From assembly GCA_035566635.1 (NCBI GenBank), contig DATMQY010000005.1, positions 223,562 to 287,561 on the forward strand: a stretch of 64,000 bases of DNA. Direction: 5' to 3'. Numbering within the stretch: position 1 is the first letter of the stretch; each line of letters opens with the position of its first letter. Below the pieces are notes generated by a model. The model did not search any database. It was not told the origin of the DNA and was given only the letters and a program-made list of their open reading frames with translations. Made by a program: the position numbers and the translations under genes. This DNA is from Rhodanobacter sp. (GTDB taxonomy: Bacteria; Pseudomonadota; Gammaproteobacteria; Xanthomonadales; Rhodanobacteraceae). Positions 38,864-49,176 of the stretch are shown in pieces.

Positions 38864-39220
38864 ATGTCCATCGCCGCGAATATCGTGATCGCCATCATCG
38901 CGTTGCTGCACCTGTGGTTCCTGATCCTGGAAATGTTCCTGTGGACCAAGCCCTCTGGCCGCCGTGCGTTCGGCCTCACGGCGGAGTTTGCCGAGCAGTC
39001 GAAAGCGCTCGCCGCCAATCAGGGCCTCTACAACGGTTTTCTCGCCGCTGGGCTGGTCTGGGGCCTCTGTCTCGGCAGCGTCGGCTTCAGCGTGAAGGTG
39101 TTCTTTCTCGCCTGTGTGCTGGTCGCCGGCATCTTCGGCGGATTGACTGCGAACCGGAAGATTCTGTGGATACAGGCGTTGCCGGCGGCGGTTGGCCTGG
39201 TACTCGTCCATCTGACCTGA
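38864..39220 (+). CDS. DUF1304-family membrane protein
   Basis: HLWFLILEMFLW, LAANQGLYNGFLAAGL, KILWIQALPA. Confidence 0.85.
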   Translation: MSIAANIVIAIIALLHLWFLILEMFLWTKPSGRRAFGLTAEFAEQSKALAANQGLYNGFLAAGLVWGLCLGSVGFSVKVFFLACVLVAGIFGGLTANRKILWIQALPAAVGLVLVHLT

Positions 39221-39234
39221 TCAGGCAAACACTC

Positions 39235-39897
39235 ATGGCGACTCCCTCTCGCGAAGCTGTCGGTCAGCGCTTCGATCATTCGCTGATGCAACATGCCCGC
39301 GAAAAAACCTGGGCCGCGCTGCACGGCATTAGCGCGCGCATGCGCCCAGGCATCAGCGAGGACGAGGCGAAAACCGAAGCCGACGAGGTATTCCGCAAAC
39401 TGGGCTTCGAGCGACTGTGGCATCCGGTGATTATCCGCATCGGCGCGAACACGATGAAGACGTATCGGCAACGCTCCGATCCGAACGCGCGACTCGGCGA
39501 GAACGACAGTTACTTCATCGACCTCGGGCTGGTGTTCGACGGGCATGAGGGTGATGTGGGCGACACCTTCGTAGTTGGCCAGGCACCGGAGCGACAGGCC
39601 TGCGCCGATGCGGCACGCGCGTTGTTCGGCGAAGTGGCGGACGCGTGGCGCACACATGGACTGAGCGGCCAGGCGCTGTATGAGTTTGCTGGCGAGCGTG
39701 CCGAGGCGATGGGTTGGCGGCTCAACCACGCGATCAAGGGGCACCGGGTCAGCGACTTTCCGCACTCGATCCACAAGGGTGGCGACCTCGGCGATCTCGA
39801 AGCGTCGCCATCCAGCGGGCTGTGGATCCTGGAGATCCAGATCGCGCACCCGACGGAGCCGTTCGGCGCGTTCTACGAAGACCTGCTGACACGCTGA
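39235..39897 (+). CDS. M24-family metallopeptidase (single catalytic domain)
   Basis: Pita-bread ligand pattern IDLG, EGDVGDT, GHRV, LEIQ, EDLL. Confidence 0.78.
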   Translation: MATPSREAVGQRFDHSLMQHAREKTWAALHGISARMRPGISEDEAKTEADEVFRKLGFERLWHPVIIRIGANTMKTYRQRSDPNARLGENDSYFIDLGLVFDGHEGDVGDTFVVGQAPERQACADAARALFGEVADAWRTHGLSGQALYEFAGERAEAMGWRLNHAIKGHRVSDFPHSIHKGGDLGDLEASPSSGLWILEIQIAHPTEPFGAFYEDLLTR

Positions 39898-40005
39898 TCC
39901 GCGCGAACATAACAACCTCGTCTGCATGCAATCACCTGCGTTAGACAGCATGCGCGCTATGCTGCAGCCTCATCCAGGCTTTGCCTGGATTTCAGGCTGC
40001 ACCGC

Positions 40006-43000
40006 ATGCCGTCGTATCTGAAGCCAGTGCCCACCCCTGCCGCCACCGCCGGCAAGGGCGGCCCGACGGCGAAAACCCGCAAGCGGCCACCGATCAGCAC
40101 CATGATCGTCGGCATCGGCGCATCGGCCGGCGGGCTGGAAGCGTTCAAGTCGTTCTTCGCACACATGCCGGTGGATGGCGAGCTGGCCTTCGTGCTGGTG
40201 CAGCATCTGGCGCCCGATCACAACAGCTTGTTGGCCGAGCTGGTCGGCCGCGGTACCACCATGCCGGTGCTCGAGGCGACCCATGGCATGCGCGTCGAAC
40301 CACGGCATGTCTATGTGATTCCGCCAAACGCCACCCTGACCATCAGCGATGGCGTGCTGCAGGTATGCAAGCCGGCACCGCCGCGCGAGCATCGCTGGCC
40401 GATCAATACGTTCTTCACTTCACTGGCCGAGGATCAAGGTGATTACGCGGTGTGCGTGGTGCTGGCCGGCACCGGCAGCGATGGTGCGCAGGGACTGCGC
40501 GCCGTGAAGGATCACGGCGGATTGGCGCTGGCGCAGTCCGGCTTCGATCACGAGGCCATGAATGGCATGCCGGCCAATGCGGTGGCCACCGGACTGGTCG
40601 ACGCGGTGATGCCGGTGTCCGACATGCCGGCACGGCTGCTTGCCTATCAGAAGCAGATGCACGCCGCGCAGCTGAAAAAGGGGTCCGATGGCGTGCGCGG
40701 CGACGTGGCGGCGCACCTGAAAATCATCTGCGAACTGCTGCATGCCGAAGTCGGCCACGACTTCAGTCAGTACAAGGAAAAGACCATGATGCGGCGCATC
40801 CAGCGTCGCATGCTGGTGGTGCAGGCCGAAACGGTGACGGATTACATCGAACACCTGCGCGAACATCCGAACGAACATGAGCTGCTGTTCCGCGAGTTCC
40901 TGATCGGGGTAACCGAATTCTTCCGCGACCCGGTCGCGTTCGAAGCACTGCGCACCATCGCCATCCCGTCGCTGCTGGCCGACAAGACCAGCGACGACGT
41001 GCTGCGGGTCTGGGTGCCAGGCTGCGCCACCGGCGAAGAAGCCTACTCCATCGCCATCCTGCTGCGCGAGACGATGGGTTCGCAACGCGGCCTGAAGGTG
41101 AAGATTTTCGCCACCGACATCGACAACCAGGCGATCGACCGCGCCCGCGCCGGACGTTACCGGGCACCGTTGAACGGCATTTCGCCCGAACGTCAGGAGC
41201 GCTGGTTCAGCAAGGATCGCGACGACTACTGCGTGGTCAAGCAGATCCGCGAGATGTGCATCTTCTCGCCGCACAGCGTGATCAAGGATCCGCCGTTTTC
41301 GCGGATGGACCTGGTCTCCTGCCGCAATCTGCTGATCTATCTCAACAACGACCTGCAGGAACGGCTGGTGCAGTCGTTCCACTATGCGTTGCGGCCCGGC
41401 GGCTTCCTGCTGCTGGGCACTTCGGAGCGACTGGCCCGGAACGCGCGGCTGTTCACCGAACTGGACAAGAAACAACGGCTGTACTTGCGCCGTGACGATG
41501 CCCGCACGCGACCACGGAATTTCCCCAACATGCAACGTCATCCCGTGGAACATGCAGCGCATGCCACCCTGCAGCAAGTCGAAAACCTGATCGATCAGCG
41601 CGCACGCCAGGCTCTGGAGCCATGGTCGCCGGCGTACGTGGTGATCAACGCCAGCCACGACGTGCTGCGCTTCGGCGGTGACACAGGGCGTTACCTCGCG
41701 CCGTCGTCCGGTGCAGCCAGCCTCAACCTGTTTCAGCTGCTCGACAAGCCGTTGCGTGGCGCCGTGCGTGCCGCCGCGCTGCAGGCCTTCGCCAGCGGCA
41801 CGCGAGTGGTTCGCGAAGGGCTGACCCTGCTGCTCGATGGTCATGAGCGCTCGCTGCGGCTGATCGTGGAGCCGCTGGCTGAAGGCGACGGCAAGGTCGA
41901 GATGTGTGTGATCGCCTTCAACGAACTGGAACTTGCACTGCGCTCGGCCGAATCGTCAACCGACGGCAAACCCGACAGCGAGCTCACGCGCGTCCACGCG
42001 CTGGAGGACGAATTGCGCGGTACACGCATGCAGCTGCATGCCGCCATCGAACTGCACGAAACAGCCGGCGAGGAACTGAAATCGGCGAACGAGGAATATC
42101 AGTCGGTCAACGAGGAGCTGCAATCCGCCAACGAAGAACTGGAAACCTCGACCGAGGAAATGCAGTCGATCAACGAGGAGCTGCAGACCGTCAACGCCGA
42201 GCTCAACAGCAAGAACGAGGCGCTGAACCGGCTCAACAACGATATCCGCAACCTGCTGGACAGCACGCAGATTGCAACCATCTTCCTCGACCGCGAACTG
42301 TACATCCGCAGCTACACGCCGATGATGACCGACCTGTTCCACCTGCGTGATGGCGACAGAGGGCGGCCGATCACCGAGATCTCGCCACGCATCAACTACC
42401 CGGAACTGAAAAGCGACGTTGCACAGGTACTGCGCGACATGGCGGTTACCGAACGCACCTTGCGCGGTATCGACGAAGCGCCGACCTTCCTGCTGCGCAT
42501 GCGTCCCTACCTGACCTTCGACAATGTCGTCGACGGCGTGGTACTGACCTTCGTCGACATTACTGAAAGCCAGCAGCTGAACAGCGAGCACGCCCGCCTC
42601 GCGGCCATCGTGAATTCCTCGCGCGATGCCATCTTCGGCTTTTCGCTGGATGAGCGGATCAGCAGCTGGAACGCCGGCGCCGAACGCATCTTCGGCATGA
42701 CGGCCGAACAGGTGGTTGGCCAGCCATTGAACATGTTGCTGCCGCCCGAGCCCTCCGAAGAGACCAGGAAGTTTTTCGTCAGCCACGAGCGGCCGACGCG
42801 GCTGGCCGAGTTCGACATGACCTGGGTGCGACCGGACGGTGCATCGGTGCCGCTGGCGATCAGCTATTCGCCGGTATGCGACCACGACGGCACCATGTTC
42901 GCCGGCAAGCTGATCGCGCGCGACGTCACCGAGCGCGTGCGCGCGGAACGGCACACGGAAATGATGCTGGCCGAGCTCAACCATCGGGTGAAGAACACCT

Positions 43001-43566
43001 TGGCCACGGTGCAGGCGATCGCCCAGCAGACGATTACCAATGCACCGGATCTGCCCAACTTCGCGGAAAGCTTCCTGTCGCGACTGCTGGCGCTGTCGCA
43101 CACGCATAACCTGCTGGCGCAGGATGCATGGCTCGGCGCACCGCTGATTGGTATCGTCAACAACGAACTGGCGCCGTACCGGCAGGACAGCGACACACGC
43201 GTGGACGACGCGCGAGTACGCCTGCAGGGCGACGAAACCCACCTGCCGCCGAAGCAGGCGCTGGCGCTCAGCATGGCCTTCCACGAATTGGCCACCAATG
43301 CCGGCAAGTACGGCTCGCTGTCGATACCCGAAGGCCAGGTCACCGTCACCTGGACGACACGCATGAAGGGCCAACGTCCATGGCTGCTGCTGCAGTGGAC
43401 GGAAAGCGGTGGTCCCACCGTAGAGCCCCCCACACGCCGCGGCTTCGGTTCACGCCTGATCGACGAGGGCGTGCCGTATGAACTGGATGGTGAGGTGACG
43501 CTCGCATTCCCCCCTGGCGGCGTCACCTGCACCATCGATGTACCACTGGACGAGGTAGTTCTCTGA
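40006..43566 (+). CDS. CheB-CheR-PAS-HWE histidine kinase fusion
   Basis: CheB GIGASAGG/QHL/GTGSDG, CheR WVPGCATGEEAYS and SCRNLLIY, coiled coil EELQSANEEL, PAS domains, HWE ELNHRVKN, ELATNAGKYG, WTESGGP. Confidence 0.92.
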   Translation: MPSYLKPVPTPAATAGKGGPTAKTRKRPPISTMIVGIGASAGGLEAFKSFFAHMPVDGELAFVLVQHLAPDHNSLLAELVGRGTTMPVLEATHGMRVEPRHVYVIPPNATLTISDGVLQVCKPAPPREHRWPINTFFTSLAEDQGDYAVCVVLAGTGSDGAQGLRAVKDHGGLALAQSGFDHEAMNGMPANAVATGLVDAVMPVSDMPARLLAYQKQMHAAQLKKGSDGVRGDVAAHLKIICELLHAEVGHDFSQYKEKTMMRRIQRRMLVVQAETVTDYIEHLREHPNEHELLFREFLIGVTEFFRDPVAFEALRTIAIPSLLADKTSDDVLRVWVPGCATGEEAYSIAILLRETMGSQRGLKVKIFATDIDNQAIDRARAGRYRAPLNGISPERQERWFSKDRDDYCVVKQIREMCIFSPHSVIKDPPFSRMDLVSCRNLLIYLNNDLQERLVQSFHYALRPGGFLLLGTSERLARNARLFTELDKKQRLYLRRDDARTRPRNFPNMQRHPVEHAAHATLQQVENLIDQRARQALEPWSPAYVVINASHDVLRFGGDTGRYLAPSSGAASLNLFQLLDKPLRGAVRAAALQAFASGTRVVREGLTLLLDGHERSLRLIVEPLAEGDGKVEMCVIAFNELELALRSAESSTDGKPDSELTRVHALEDELRGTRMQLHAAIELHETAGEELKSANEEYQSVNEELQSANEELETSTEEMQSINEELQTVNAELNSKNEALNRLNNDIRNLLDSTQIATIFLDRELYIRSYTPMMTDLFHLRDGDRGRPITEISPRINYPELKSDVAQVLRDMAVTERTLRGIDEAPTFLLRMRPYLTFDNVVDGVVLTFVDITESQQLNSEHARLAAIVNSSRDAIFGFSLDERISSWNAGAERIFGMTAEQVVGQPLNMLLPPEPSEETRKFFVSHERPTRLAEFDMTWVRPDGASVPLAISYSPVCDHDGTMFAGKLIARDVTERVRAERHTEMMLAELNHRVKNTLATVQAIAQQTITNAPDLPNFAESFLSRLLALSHTHNLLAQDAWLGAPLIGIVNNELAPYRQDSDTRVDDARVRLQGDETHLPPKQALALSMAFHELATNAGKYGSLSIPEGQVTVTWTTRMKGQRPWLLLQWTESGGPTVEPPTRRGFGSRLIDEGVPYELDGEVTLAFPPGGVTCTIDVPLDEVVL

Positions 43567-43928
43567 TGACCACCGACAGCCATCCGCCCTGCATCCTGCT
43601 CGCCGAAGACGAGATGATGCTGGCGATGATGCTGGAAGACCGGCTTAGCGCATCCGGCTACAGCGTGCTCAAGGCCGCCCGGCTGACCCGGTGCCTGGAA
43701 CTGGCCGAGTCCGCGCCGATCGACCTGGCAATCCTCGACATCAACCTGGCCGGCGAACCCAGCTTCCCCGCCGCGCTGGTGTTGCGCCGTCGCGGCATCC
43801 CGTTCGTGTTTTCATCCGGCTACGGCGGCGAAGACATACCGGAAATGTGGCGCAACGAAACCGTCCTGCAGAAACCCTACGACACCCGCCAACTGACCGC
43901 GGCCCTGACCGCGTTGCGCGCGGCCTGA
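43566..43928 (+). CDS. Single-domain response regulator
   Basis: LLAEDE, LDINL, FSSGYG, LQKPY. Start overlaps the kinase stop. Confidence 0.9.
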   Translation: MTTDSHPPCILLAEDEMMLAMMLEDRLSASGYSVLKAARLTRCLELAESAPIDLAILDINLAGEPSFPAALVLRRRGIPFVFSSGYGGEDIPEMWRNETVLQKPYDTRQLTAALTALRAA

Positions 43929-44201
43929 CGGCCTTTGCCGCAGCAACCTGCGGCCATTCGAGCTGTAATCGGAGTACGCTACCGGCCGGCAGGGCGGCGC
44001 CTGAGCAGCCCTTTGCCACCCCTCGGCTGAACCGACCGCAGCAGGCTTTCCGCCGGCCGGTTACAATAGGCGGTCTGACGCACTCGCGCCCTGCCTGTCG
44101 GGGCCAGCGCAAACCAGCCCCAGAACCAAAATATTCCCGGTGGACAGCACAGCTGCCCTCCTCACGCTTGCCCTGACACAACCCTTTCCGGAATCCAGAC
44201 C

Positions 44202-46331
44202 GTGGCCCGACAGAAACCTCTCTCGCTTTACCGCAACATCGGCATCATTGCGCACATCGATGCGGGTAAGACCACCACCACCGAGCGCGTGCTGTATTAC
44301 ACCGGCAAGAAGCACCAGATCGTCGACGTCCATGACACCAAGGACGGCAAGGGTTCGACCACCACCGACTACATGGAGCAGGAGCGCAAGCGCGGCATCA
44401 CGATCCAGTCGGCAGCCGTGACGGCCGAATGGAAAGGTCACCAGATCAACGTGATCGACACGCCGGGACACGTCGACTTCACCATCGAGGTGAACCGTTC
44501 GCTGCGCGTGCTTGACGGTGCAGTGGTGGTGTTCGACGGCGTGGCCGGCGTGGAACCGCAGACCGAGACCAACTGGCGCCTGGCCGATCAGTACAACGTG
44601 CCGCGCGTGTGCTACGTCAACAAGATGGACCGCATCGGCGCCAACTTCGCGCATTGCGTGAAGGGCATCCGTGAGCGCCTGAACGCACCGGCCCTGCTGT
44701 GCCAGATTCCGCTGGGCAGCAGCGATGAGTTCTGCGGCATGGCCGACCTGGTCGCCAACGTGGCCTACATATGGGCTTCGGACGACAAGGACAGCACGTG
44801 GGAAACCGTGTCGTTCGAGGAAGCGAAGAACCGCCTGAAGTTCGGTTCCACTGTCGACAACGACTGGATCGATCAACTGCCGAAGCTGCGCGAGGAAATG
44901 ATTGAGACTGCGCTGGCGATGGACGACGAAGCGTTCGAGCATCTGATCGAGACCGGCGAACACGATCCGAAGAAGCTGAAGGAATGCATCCGCAAGGGCT
45001 GCGTCACCGGCAAGCTGGTGCCGGTGTTCTGCGGCTCCTCGTACAAGAACAAGGGTGTGCAGCAGCTGCTGGACGCCGTGGTCGACTACATGCCGTACCC
45101 GGGCGAGAACGGCGGCATCTCGATGGTCGACGAGGACGGCAACGTCATCGGCGAGCAGGCAGTCACCGACGACGCGCCGGCGCGCGCACTGGCGTTCAAG
45201 GTCATCAACGACCAGTTCGGCACGCTGACCTTCTGCCGCATCTATTCGGGCGTGATCAAGAAGGGCGACACGCTGCAGAACGTCACTCGCGGCAAGAAGG
45301 AACGTGTGGGCCGCATCGTGGAAGTGCAGGCCAACGCCACCAAGGAAATCGACGAAGTGCGCGCCGGTGACATCTGCGCGTTCGTCTCGATGAAGGACAC
45401 CGAGACAGGCGATTCGCTGTCCGATCCGGCGCATCCGGCCCTGCTCGAGCGCATGCGCTTCCCGGATCCGGTGATCAGCGTGTCGGTCGAGCCGAAGACC
45501 CGCGGCGACGTCGACAAGATGTCGACCGCGCTCTACAAGATGGTCAAGGCCGATCCGTCGCTGCGCATGGAAGTGGACCAGGAAACCGGCCAGACCGTGC
45601 TCAAGGGCATGGGCGAGCTGCACCTGGAAATCACCATCGACCGCATGCGCACCGAGCTCGGCGTGGAAGCGAACATGGGCAAGCCCAAGGTCAGCTTCCG
45701 CGAAGCCTTCGGCAAGTCCGTCGAGCACACCTACACGCACAAGAAGCAGACCGGTGGCACCGGTCAGTTCGCCGAAGTGAAGATCATCTTCGAGCCGGGC
45801 GAGCCGGGGACCGGCGTGGTGTTCTCCGATGAAGTCGTCGGTGGTCGCGTGCCGCGCGAGTTCATCCCGGCAGTGGAGCAGGCCATCACGAAGGAGTCCC
45901 GCCAGGGTCAGGTCGCCGGCTACCAGGTGCTGGACTTCAAGGCACGCCTGATCGACGGCAAGTTCCACGACGTCGACTCCTCAGCGCTCGCCTTCGAAAT
46001 CGCCACCCGCGCCTGCTTCCGCGAAGCGCAGAAGCTGTCCAAGCCGAAGTTGCTCGAGCCGGTGATGAAGCTGGAAGTTGTCACCGAAGCGACCTACCTG
46101 GGCGATGTGATCGGCGACATGAACCGTCGTCGCGGTTCGATCACAGAGCAGGGTCAGAAGGGTGTCAATGCCTTCGTGCAGGGCTTCGTGCCGCTGGCCG
46201 AGATGTTCGGCTACATCAACTTCCTGCGCTCGGCGACCAGCGGTCGCGGCAACTTCAGCATGATCTTCGATCATTACGAAGAAGTGCCTGCCAGCATGGT
46301 CGAAAAGCTGATGGAGAAGGAAGCGAAGTAA
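44202..46331 (+). CDS. fusA: Elongation factor G, stand-alone paralog
   Basis: AHIDAGKTTT, RGITI, DTPGHVDF, NKMD, GMGELHL, HKKQTGGTGQFA. No rpsL/rpsG/tuf neighbours. Confidence 0.93.
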   Translation: MARQKPLSLYRNIGIIAHIDAGKTTTTERVLYYTGKKHQIVDVHDTKDGKGSTTTDYMEQERKRGITIQSAAVTAEWKGHQINVIDTPGHVDFTIEVNRSLRVLDGAVVVFDGVAGVEPQTETNWRLADQYNVPRVCYVNKMDRIGANFAHCVKGIRERLNAPALLCQIPLGSSDEFCGMADLVANVAYIWASDDKDSTWETVSFEEAKNRLKFGSTVDNDWIDQLPKLREEMIETALAMDDEAFEHLIETGEHDPKKLKECIRKGCVTGKLVPVFCGSSYKNKGVQQLLDAVVDYMPYPGENGGISMVDEDGNVIGEQAVTDDAPARALAFKVINDQFGTLTFCRIYSGVIKKGDTLQNVTRGKKERVGRIVEVQANATKEIDEVRAGDICAFVSMKDTETGDSLSDPAHPALLERMRFPDPVISVSVEPKTRGDVDKMSTALYKMVKADPSLRMEVDQETGQTVLKGMGELHLEITIDRMRTELGVEANMGKPKVSFREAFGKSVEHTYTHKKQTGGTGQFAEVKIIFEPGEPGTGVVFSDEVVGGRVPREFIPAVEQAITKESRQGQVAGYQVLDFKARLIDGKFHDVDSSALAFEIATRACFREAQKLSKPKLLEPVMKLEVVTEATYLGDVIGDMNRRRGSITEQGQKGVNAFVQGFVPLAEMFGYINFLRSATSGRGNFSMIFDHYEEVPASMVEKLMEKEAK

Positions 46332-46377
46332 GGCTTCGCCTCCGAGATTCAGCCGATTGCATCAATGAGAGTGTGAG

Positions 46378-46410
46378 AAAAAACCGGGGAGAAATCCCCG
46401 GTTTTTTTTT
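46378..46410 (+). terminator. Rho-independent terminator of fusA
   Basis: AAAAAACCGGGGA-gaaa-TCCCCGGTTTTTTTTT. Confidence 0.9.
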
Positions 46411-46544
46411 ATTGGATCAGACTGCACACGATAGACATCCCTCTCTGCCACGGTTGGCGCTAACGAATTCGCTCCGCGATTTCGCCGATGAGGCTTGCGA
46501 ACTGACGTACGCAAACCCCGTGCTCGCGTGTTTGAGACAACGCG

Positions 46545-47237
46545 TCATGCAACTGCTTTGGCGGCCTCCTCAATCAGTGCCGCGATCTCGTTCGGATACG
46601 ACGCCAATGAAGCATGACTGGAAGGCAGAGTGATCGCCTTTTGAGGCTTCATGCGCTCGACGAACCAATGCTCGGTTTCCGGCGGGATCATGCGGTCATT
46701 GCTCGACACCTGGTACCAGCTCGGCTTGACCTTCCACGCAGGTGCGCCAGTCTTGTCATCGAAACAGCGGGCCGCGATCGGCTTCTGGGTCACGGCCATC
46801 ACCAATGCTTCGGTCTGGTCGAGATCCTGGCAAAAGTTCTCGTGGAACTGTGTCTGGTCGATCCACAGGTAACCGTTGGCGTCCGGGCGAATCGCCGCGG
46901 CACCGGGCGGCGGCTCGCGCATGCCGAAGATGCTGCCAGGAGTTTCGCCTTCGTCGGGCGCGAAGGCGGCGACGTATACCAGCCCCACCACATTGGGCAC
47001 ATGGCCGGCACCAGTGATCACCACGCCGCCGTAAGAATGACCCACCAGCAAGGTGGGACCGCTCTGCGCGGCCGCCAACTTGCTGGTGCGGTCAATATCA
47101 TCAGCTAGCGAGGTCAACGGGTTCTCGACGGCGTTGATTTTGTATCCCTTGGCATGCAACAAGGGAATCACGTGACCCCAGTGCCCGGCATCGCCCCACG
47201 CGCCATGGACTAACAGGATGTTCGGTTTGCTGCTCAT
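46545..47237 (-). CDS. Alpha/beta hydrolase
   Basis: LVHGAW, GHSYGG nucleophile elbow, SSHAS. Confidence 0.9.
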   Translation of the reverse strand: MSSKPNILLVHGAWGDAGHWGHVIPLLHAKGYKINAVENPLTSLADDIDRTSKLAAAQSGPTLLVGHSYGGVVITGAGHVPNVVGLVYVAAFAPDEGETPGSIFGMREPPPGAAAIRPDANGYLWIDQTQFHENFCQDLDQTEALVMAVTQKPIAARCFDDKTGAPAWKVKPSWYQVSSNDRMIPPETEHWFVERMKPQKAITLPSSHASLASYPNEIAALIEEAAKAVA

Positions 47238-47481
47238 TGGCGTCTCCCAAACTGCAAGGCCTTTCTGGCTACCCGCCTGTCGTATCCGCTCCTGTGTATC
47301 ACTCTCGGATCAATGAATTTGTGAAGATTCATTAGTTGTCTGACAAAGCTGCAAATAGATCCGGGAGAACAGCCTGTTCTTGCTGCGCTCAAAGTCAGGA
47401 TGTAGCTGGCGGGGATAAGGAAGGCCTGAGAGCCTGTTCAAGCTACAATTGACGGTTCGCGCTCCAGCTGACCCGCCATCC

Positions 47482-49083
47482 ATGTCCACCCATCTGCAAG
47501 AAACCCGCCGCCGCCGCACCTTCGCCATCGTCAGCCACCCTGACGCAGGCAAGACCACGCTGACCGAAAAGCTGCTGCTGTTCGGCGGCGCGATTCAGAT
47601 GGCCGGCTCGGTGAAGGGGCGCAAGGCGGCGCGGCATGCGACCTCCGACTGGATGGCGCTGGAGAAGGAGCGCGGTATCTCGGTGACGTCGTCGGTGATG
47701 CAGTTCCCGTACGAGGGCAAAATCGTCAACCTGCTCGACACGCCAGGCCACGCGGACTTCTCCGAGGACACCTACCGCGTGCTGACTGCGGTGGATTCGG
47801 CGCTGATGGTGATCGACTGCGCCAAGGGCGTGGAAGAGCGCACGATCAAGCTGATGGAAGTCTGCCGGCTGCGCGACACGCCGATCATGACCTTCATCAA
47901 CAAGCTCGACCGCGAGGGCCGTTCGCCGATCGAGCTGCTCGACGAAGTCGAGTCGGTGCTCGGCATTGCCTGCGCCCCGGTGACCTGGCCGATCGGCATG
48001 GGCAAGCGCTTGAAGGGGGTGTACCACCTGGTACTGGACGAGGTGCACATCTTCGAGCCGGGCAAGAATTTCACCCGGCAGGACTCCACCATCTTCAAGG
48101 GACTCGATGCGCCGGGGCTGCTGGAGAAGATCGGCGACGAGGCGATGCGCGAGCTGCGCGACGAGCTCGAACTGGTACAGGGCGCCGCGCCCTCGTTCGA
48201 GATGGACGAGTATCTCGCCGGCAGGCAGACGCCGGTGTTCTTCGGCTCGGCGGTGAACAACTTCGGCGTGCAGCTGTTGCTGGATTTCTTCGTCGAACAC
48301 GCGCCGTCGCCGCGTCCACGCGGTACGCTGAGCCGCGAGGTGCAGCCGGAGGAAGAGAAACTTTCCGGCTTCGTGTTCAAGATCCAGGCCAACATGGATC
48401 CGGCGCACCGCGATCGCGTGGCGTTCATGCGCGTGTGTTCGGGCACCTATACCGCCGGCATGAAGATGATCCAGACTCGCACGGGCAAGGACATCCGCAT
48501 CGCCAACGCGCTGACCTTCATGGCCAGCGACCGCGAGATCGTGGAGACCGCCTACCCAGGTGACGTGATCGGTCTGCACAACCACGGCACCATCACCATC
48601 GGCGACACGTTCACCGAAGGCGAGGCGATCAACTTCACCGGCATCCCGAACTTCGCACCGGAACTGTTCCGCCGCGCGCGCCTGCGCGACCCGCTGAAGA
48701 TGAAGGCACTGCAGAAGGGCCTGGCGCAGTTGAGCGAAGAAGGTGCCACCCAGTTTTTCCGCCCGCTGATGTCGAACGACCTGATTCTCGGCGCCGTCGG
48801 CGTGCTGCAGTTCGACGTGGTGGCGTATCGGCTGAAGGACGAATACAACGTCGACGCCAGCTTCGAGCCGGTGACGGTGACCACGGCGCGCTGGGTGCAC
48901 TGCGACGATGAGAAGAAGATGGCCGAGTTCCGCGAGAAGAACGCGATGAATCTCGCGATCGACGGTGCCGGCGAACTGGTCTACATCGCGCCGACGCGGG
49001 TGAACCTGCAACTGGCGCAGGAGCGCTGGCCGCAGGTGCGCTTTGCCAACACGCGCGAGCATGCGGCCTCCGTCGAGGTGTAG
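47482..49083 (+). CDS. prfC: Peptide chain release factor 3
   Basis: [51 protein letters not shown]. Confidence 0.98.
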   Translation: MSTHLQETRRRRTFAIVSHPDAGKTTLTEKLLLFGGAIQMAGSVKGRKAARHATSDWMALEKERGISVTSSVMQFPYEGKIVNLLDTPGHADFSEDTYRVLTAVDSALMVIDCAKGVEERTIKLMEVCRLRDTPIMTFINKLDREGRSPIELLDEVESVLGIACAPVTWPIGMGKRLKGVYHLVLDEVHIFEPGKNFTRQDSTIFKGLDAPGLLEKIGDEAMRELRDELELVQGAAPSFEMDEYLAGRQTPVFFGSAVNNFGVQLLLDFFVEHAPSPRPRGTLSREVQPEEEKLSGFVFKIQANMDPAHRDRVAFMRVCSGTYTAGMKMIQTRTGKDIRIANALTFMASDREIVETAYPGDVIGLHNHGTITIGDTFTEGEAINFTGIPNFAPELFRRARLRDPLKMKALQKGLAQLSEEGATQFFRPLMSNDLILGAVGVLQFDVVAYRLKDEYNVDASFEPVTVTTARWVHCDDEKKMAEFREKNAMNLAIDGAGELVYIAPTRVNLQLAQERWPQVRFANTREHAASVEV

Positions 49084-49176
49084 CGCTGGCCCCGATATCG
49101 GCCATGACAGACGTCACTAGGCGTCTCCAACTTCGGCTGTTAGCGTGCACCCCTCTAGATAGGGGAACACAGCGCC

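Noticed and set aside
43981-44067. 10-bp inverted repeat ACCGGCCGGC/GCCGGCCGGT before a TACAAT upstream of fusA
   Set aside because: GC-only low-complexity arms are likely by chance, and no leader RNA family was recognised.
47365-47435. GAGAGCCTGTTCAAG, resembling a small-element terminus
   Set aside because: No matching opposite end at a plausible distance.
49107-49165. Single AGACGTCA Met-box-like 8-mer and a 5-bp stem over the CPBP RBS
   Set aside because: A lone box is not a MetJ-type operator, and the stem is too weak to claim translational control.
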